NCBI GenBank assembly: GCA_963716255.1
Contig: OY970303.1
Coordinates: 6,016,001 to 6,080,000, forward strand
DNA from: an uncultured Gemmatimonadales bacterium
Lineage (GTDB): Bacteria; Gemmatimonadota; Gemmatimonadetes; Longimicrobiales; Longimicrobiaceae
DNA length: 64,000 nt
Direction of reading: 5' to 3'
How positions within the stretch are numbered: position 1 is the first letter of the stretch; each line of letters starts with the position of its first letter. The notes under the pieces were generated by a model that saw only the letters and a program-made list of their open reading frames with translations, ran no database searches and was not told the origin of the DNA. The position numbers and the translations under genes are program-made. Below, in pieces: positions 59,390 to 64,000 of this stretch.

Positions 59390-60430
59390 GTGATGGCCTT
59401 CCGCTGGCTCAAGACGGGGAGCTTCATACCGGTCAACGACATCGCCGTCGACCTGGGGACCGCGAATACGCTCGTTTACGTGAAGGGCGAGGGAATCGTC
59501 CTCAACGAGCCGTCCGTGGTCGCGATGGAGAAGGCGACCAACAAGATCAAGGGGATCGGCCTGGAAGCGAAGCGGATGCTCGGCCGGACCCCCGAGGGGG
59601 TGACGGCCATCCGCCCGCTCAAGGACGGGGTGATCGCCGACGTGGACGTGACGGAGGTGATGCTCCGCTACTTCCTGACCACGGTGACTTCCAAGCGGTT
59701 CCTGAAGCTCAAGCCCACCATGGTGGTGGGCGTCCCGTCGGGGATCACGGAGCTGGAGCGGCGCGCGGTGCGCTCCAGCGCCCACGCGGCGGGGGCCAAG
59801 GAGGTGTACATGGTCGCCGAGCCCATGGCCGCGGCGATCGGGGTGGGGCTCCCGGTGGAGACGCCCACCGGCAACATGGTGATCGACATCGGCGGGGGGA
59901 CCACGGAGATCGCGGTGATCGCGCTCTCGGGGATCGTCTGCGACACGTCGATCCGGGTGGGGGGCGACGAGATCGACAACGCCATCGTCACCTTTCTGCG
60001 CAAGAACTACAACCTGATGATCGGCGAGGCCACCGCCGAGGCGGTGAAGATCCAGATCGGCTCCGCGTTCAGCACCGGCGAGGAGCGCGAGATGGACGTC
60101 AAGGGGCGCGACCTGGTGTCGGGGATCCCCAAGACGGTGCGGGTGCACTCGCAGGAGATCCGGGAGTGCATCCAGGAGCCGATCCAGGCGATCGTGGAAG
60201 CGGTGCGGCGGGCGCTGGAGATCACGCCGCCGGAGCTGGCCTCGGACATCGTGGACCGGGGGATCGTGATGACGGGCGGGGGGGCGCTGATCCGCGGGCT
60301 CGACGTGCTGATCGCGCGGGAGACTAACCTCCCCATCCACGTGGACGAGGAGCCGCTGACGTGCGTGGTGCGCGGGGCGGGACGGATCCTCGACGACATC
60401 GAAAAGTATCGCGGAGTGTTGACCACCTGA
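59390..60430 (+). CDS. mreB: Rod shape-determining protein MreB
   Basis: IAVDLGTANT, EPMAAAIG, DIGGGTTE, TGGGAL. Confidence 0.98.
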   Translation: MMAFRWLKTGSFIPVNDIAVDLGTANTLVYVKGEGIVLNEPSVVAMEKATNKIKGIGLEAKRMLGRTPEGVTAIRPLKDGVIADVDVTEVMLRYFLTTVTSKRFLKLKPTMVVGVPSGITELERRAVRSSAHAAGAKEVYMVAEPMAAAIGVGLPVETPTGNMVIDIGGGTTEIAVIALSGIVCDTSIRVGGDEIDNAIVTFLRKNYNLMIGEATAEAVKIQIGSAFSTGEEREMDVKGRDLVSGIPKTVRVHSQEIRECIQEPIQAIVEAVRRALEITPPELASDIVDRGIVMTGGGALIRGLDVLIARETNLPIHVDEEPLTCVVRGAGRILDDIEKYRGVLTT

Positions 60431-61518
60431 GCACGTTCAGGCCGTACCTCAGTGGAGGCGGGGAGCGCGGACGGAAGCGGGATCTGGGGCTCGCCGGGTT
60501 CTTCACGCTCCTGGCGCTCTTCTTCATCTTCCTCCCCCCGCGCTACCGCGAGGGGTTCGCGGGCGCGATCCGGGGGACCGTGCTGTACCCGTTCATCGCC
60601 ATGCAGCGCGGCGCGGTGGACCGCGAGGGGCGCTTCGCCGACGCGGGCGCGGTGCGCGCGGAGCGGGACAGCCTGGCGGCCTTCCTGGTGGGGCAGGCGA
60701 ACCTGGCGGCGGAGAACCGGCGCCTGCGTGCCCTTCTGGGGATGCGGGAGCGCCTTCCCAACTCCTTCGTGGCGGCGGAGGTGATGCCGTTCGAGGGCGC
60801 CGCCGCGCCGGGCACCTTTTTGATCGCGGTGGGGACGGCGGAGGGCGTGCAGCCCGGATCGGCGATCGTCACGGCGCAGGGGCTGGTGGGGATGGTCAAG
60901 GAGGTGCACCGCGGCTACTCGGTGGCCTTCAACTGGACCAACCCGGACTTCCGCGCCAGCGCGGTGTCGGAGGACGGGGAAACCTACGGGATCCTGGAGC
61001 CGCGCGAGGGGCGGGGCGGCGAGCAGCTGCTGGCGCTGACCTCCACCGCGCTCCACACGGTGCCCAAGCTGGGGAGCACGATCGTGACCTCGGGGAGCGG
61101 CGCGACCTACCCGCGCGGCATTCCCATCGGCACGGTGGCGGACACGGCGAGCGAGTCCAGCGGCTGGCAGCGCATCTACCTGATCCGGCCCTTCGTGTCG
61201 CCGGCGGAGATGACGCACGTGCTGGTCCTGGGCGCGCCAAAGGCGGGTGCGACCGACCGCGACCTGGCGGCGGCGTGGGGGATTCGCCTGCGCGAGGGCC
61301 CGGCTCCCGATTCGGCCATGCTCCCGGCGGCCCCCGCCGCCACGGCCGCGGCGCCGATGCCCGCGGCGCGCCGGCCCGCGCCGCGCCCGAGCGGGCCGCG
61401 GCTCCTGGGCAGGGAGGTGCAGGCGAGCCCGCAGACCACGGCGCCGGCACCGGGCGTGGCGGGAGCGCCCGCGCAGCCGCAGACGCCCCCCGACACCTCG
61501 AGGAACCGGAACCGATGA
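60427..61518 (+). CDS. mreC: Rod shape-determining protein MreC (start uncertain)
   Basis: N-terminal TM, AENRRLRALL, GLVG, VTSG..YPRGIPIG; Pro/Ala-rich tail. Confidence 0.92.
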   Translation: MSTFRPYLSGGGERGRKRDLGLAGFFTLLALFFIFLPPRYREGFAGAIRGTVLYPFIAMQRGAVDREGRFADAGAVRAERDSLAAFLVGQANLAAENRRLRALLGMRERLPNSFVAAEVMPFEGAAAPGTFLIAVGTAEGVQPGSAIVTAQGLVGMVKEVHRGYSVAFNWTNPDFRASAVSEDGETYGILEPREGRGGEQLLALTSTALHTVPKLGSTIVTSGSGATYPRGIPIGTVADTASESSGWQRIYLIRPFVSPAEMTHVLVLGAPKAGATDRDLAAAWGIRLREGPAPDSAMLPAAPAATAAAPMPAARRPAPRPSGPRLLGREVQASPQTTAPAPGVAGAPAQPQTPPDTSRNRNR

Positions 61519-61988
61519 GCGGCTCGCGCTTGGCACTGACGGCGCTGGTCGTCCTCCTCGCCATCCTGTACTTCGTTCTCCGCGTGGGTCTGGGGCTGGG
61601 GCTGCTGGTCCCGGACCTGATCGTGATCGCGACCCTCCTGGCGGCGCGCCAGCTGCGTCCCGGGTGGGCCGCGGGGCTGGGGCTCCTGCTGGGAATTCTG
61701 GAGGGGGCGGTGTTCCCGCTCACCTTCGGCGCGAGCGCGCTGGCCCTGGTGCTGGTGGGCTACCTGGGGTCCCGCACGCGCGACGTGTTCTCGGGCGGCG
61801 GGCTGATCTTCCTCGCCTTCTACCTGTTCGTGGGGAAGTGGCTGTACGACATCCTGCTGTACCTGATCCTGCTGGCGGACGCGACGCCGGGGCCGCCTTC
61901 GGCGCTCCTGCTGATCTCGCCGCTGGCGGCTCTCTACGCCGCGGCCGCGGGGCTCGTGGCGTACTCGGCGTACCGTACGCTCTCCTGA
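61515..61988 (+). CDS. mreD: Rod shape-determining protein MreD
   Basis: Hydrophobic 157-aa protein with PDL and GLLLGILEG; ATGA overlap with mreC. Confidence 0.85.
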   Translation: MSGSRLALTALVVLLAILYFVLRVGLGLGLLVPDLIVIATLLAARQLRPGWAAGLGLLLGILEGAVFPLTFGASALALVLVGYLGSRTRDVFSGGGLIFLAFYLFVGKWLYDILLYLILLADATPGPPSALLLISPLAALYAAAAGLVAYSAYRTLS

Positions 61989-61996
61989 AGTCCTGA

Positions 61997-63238
61997 ATGG
62001 CAATCAAGCGCGTACGCGCCCTGCAGCTGGGCGACCCGTTCCTTTTCTTCCTGGTGCTGGGGCTTTCCCTGTTCGGGGTGGCCATGGTGTACAGCGCCGG
62101 GGTGCTGGACGTCCCCTCGCAGGTGGTGACGGGGATCTGGAAGCAGCAGCTCACCTGGTTCGCGCTGAGCATGCTGGCGATCCCCTTCGTCCTGCGGGTG
62201 CCGGTGACCTGGCTGGAGTGGGCGGCGCAGCCCATCTACGCCTTCGCCCTGGTGCTGCTGCTGCTCACGCTCTTCATCGGCGGCGGGGCGGGGACGGCGG
62301 AAAGCTCGGCGAGCTGGATCCAGGTGGGTCCGGTGCGCCTGCAGACCTCGGAGATCGGCAAGGTGGCGGTGGTGCTGATGCTTTCCCGGGTACTGGGGGA
62401 GTGGCGCGAAGCGCCGCAGAACCTGTTCGCGCTCTGGAAGCCGCTGGCGGTGGTGGGCGTGCCCATGATGCTGGTCATGGCGCAGCCGGACCTGGGGACG
62501 GCGCTGGTCTTCGGCTCCATCCTGGTGTGGTGCCTGTTCTGGGCGGGGACGCCGCTCAAGACGCTCTTCCTGCTGCTGAGTCCCGCCATCGGGCTGTTCC
62601 TGTCCATCAACCCCTGGGTGTGGGGCGCCTGGATCATCCTGGTGGGGTTCCTTCTGTACCGCTGGCGGGTATACCTTGGGGAGGCGGCGACGGTGGTGCT
62701 GGTCAACATCGCGGCCGGCACGGTGTCGTGGATGCTGTGGGCGAAGCTGAAGCCCTACCAGAAGAACCGCTTCCTGGTGTTCCTGGACCCCTCGGTGGAC
62801 CCGCGCGGGGCGGGGTACAACCTGATCCAGTCGCGCGTGGCGATCGGGAGCGGCGGCTGGTTCGGCAAAGGCTTCACGGAGGGGACGCAGAAGCGCCTCG
62901 CCTTCCTCCCGGAGCAGCACACGGACTTCATCTTCTCGGTGGTGGGCGAGGAGTGGGGCTTCATCGGCGTCGCGCTGGTGCTGATCACCTTCGGGCTGAT
63001 CTTCTGGCGGCTGGTGCGCATCGCGGAGCGCTCCTCGGACCCGTTCGCCAGCCTGGTTCCTTTCGGTCTCTTCGGGAGCTGGTTCGCCCACGTGCTGGTC
63101 AACGTGGGAATGGTGGTGGGGATCATGCCCATCACCGGCATCCCGCTCCCCTTCATCAGCTACGGCGGCTCCTTCCTCCTCGTGAACGTTCTGGCCATGG
63201 CGATCGTGCAACGGATCGCGGCCGAGGCACGACGATGA
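61997..63238 (+). CDS. rodA: Rod shape-determining protein RodA (SEDS family)
   Basis: QPDLGT, AIGSGG, LPEQHTDFIF, PITGIPLPFISYGGS. Confidence 0.96.
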   Translation: MAIKRVRALQLGDPFLFFLVLGLSLFGVAMVYSAGVLDVPSQVVTGIWKQQLTWFALSMLAIPFVLRVPVTWLEWAAQPIYAFALVLLLLTLFIGGGAGTAESSASWIQVGPVRLQTSEIGKVAVVLMLSRVLGEWREAPQNLFALWKPLAVVGVPMMLVMAQPDLGTALVFGSILVWCLFWAGTPLKTLFLLLSPAIGLFLSINPWVWGAWIILVGFLLYRWRVYLGEAATVVLVNIAAGTVSWMLWAKLKPYQKNRFLVFLDPSVDPRGAGYNLIQSRVAIGSGGWFGKGFTEGTQKRLAFLPEQHTDFIFSVVGEEWGFIGVALVLITFGLIFWRLVRIAERSSDPFASLVPFGLFGSWFAHVLVNVGMVVGIMPITGIPLPFISYGGSFLLVNVLAMAIVQRIAAEARR

Positions 63239-63268
63239 CGCCCGCCCCCCAATCCCGGATCTCCGTCC

Positions 63269-64000
63269 ATGGCCTGGTTCCGTAAGCCGAAGACGCCCCT
63301 GCAGGCCGCGGATCGCCGCGACCTGCCGGCGAACGTGTGGGAGAAGTGCCCGTCGTGCGGGGAGATCCTGTACCGGGAAAAGCTCAAGGAGAACTGGAAC
63401 GTGTGCCCGCAGTGCGCGCACCACCTCCGGCTCTCCGCCAACGGCTACGTGGCGCTCTTCACCGACGACGGGAGCTTCCGCGAGCACGACCGCAACCTGC
63501 GCTCGGGCGACCCGCTGGAGTTCGTGGACCTGAAGCCGTACCGCGAGCGGCTGGTCCAGGCGGAGCGGAAGAGCTCGCACGGCGACGCGGTGATCACCGG
63601 CGAGGGGACGCTGGAGGGGATCCCGGTGTTCCTGGCGGTGATGGACTTCGCCTTCATCGGCGGGTCCATGGGCTCGGTGGTGGGGGAGAAGATCGCCCGC
63701 GCCGGGCTGCGCGCGCTGGAGCGAAAGGCGCCGTTCATCGTGGTGTCGGCTTCGGGCGGGGCGCGGATGATGGAGGGGATCTTCTCGCTGATGCAGATGG
63801 CGAAGACCTCGGCGGTGCTGGCGCAGCTCCACGAGGCGGGGCTCCCCTACATCTCCATCCTCACCGACCCCACCACCGGCGGGGTGACGGCTTCGTACGC
63901 CATGCTGGGCGACGCCAACCTGGCGGAGCCGGGGGCGCTGATCGGCTTCGCGGGGCCGCGCGTCATCGAGCAGACGATCAAGCAGGAGCTGCCGGAGGGC
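63269..64000 (+). CDS. accD: Acetyl-CoA carboxylase carboxyltransferase beta subunit (3' end outside the window)
   Basis: WEKCPSC..VCPQC zinc finger, FIGGSMGSVVGEKI, SGGARMMEG, PTTGGVTAS. Confidence 0.97.
   Translation, partial: MAWFRKPKTPLQAADRRDLPANVWEKCPSCGEILYREKLKENWNVCPQCAHHLRLSANGYVALFTDDGSFREHDRNLRSGDPLEFVDLKPYRERLVQAERKSSHGDAVITGEGTLEGIPVFLAVMDFAFIGGSMGSVVGEKIARAGLRALERKAPFIVVSASGGARMMEGIFSLMQMAKTSAVLAQLHEAGLPYISILTDPTTGGVTASYAMLGDANLAEPGALIGFAGPRVIEQTIKQELPEG

Overview
A high-GC (roughly 70% by eye) bacterial chromosome segment. Gene order and content suggest Gemmatimonadota, Longimicrobium-like (inference). Most of it is housekeeping: ychF, rplM-rpsI, rpsB-tsf-pyrH-frr-uppS-cdsA-dxr-rseP, a dksA-like gene, serS, pcrA/uvrD, gatCAB, murA, pgeF, dut, ald, the rimP-nusA-infB-rbfA-truB-ribF-rpsO-pnp operon and mreBCD-rodA-accD. 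Accessory DNA sits between these genes. (1) A lower-GC four-gene operon, hsdS-like / ABC-type ATPase / HNH nuclease / hsdM-like, has no hsdR and is bounded by core genes; it is the best candidate for an undescribed defence system. (2) A calcineurin-like metallophosphoesterase is paired with a CHAT (caspase-fold) protease. (3) A solitary Cys-rich PD-(D/E)XK-like protein lies between ychF and rplM. (4) There are two complete IS elements (IS5-like with an ATAG duplication; IS630 in the murA stop codon). (5) Two dispersed intergenic repeat families show compensatory stem changes and share a GGCAGTTT/AAACTGCC loop hairpin. Two glutamine-dependent amidation modules look degenerate: GatA lacks its catalytic Lys, and a NadE-like protein has no PP-loop. 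truB and ribF each carry a single-base frameshift in a G run, probably assembly errors. All calls come from reading motifs by eye; no database searches were run.
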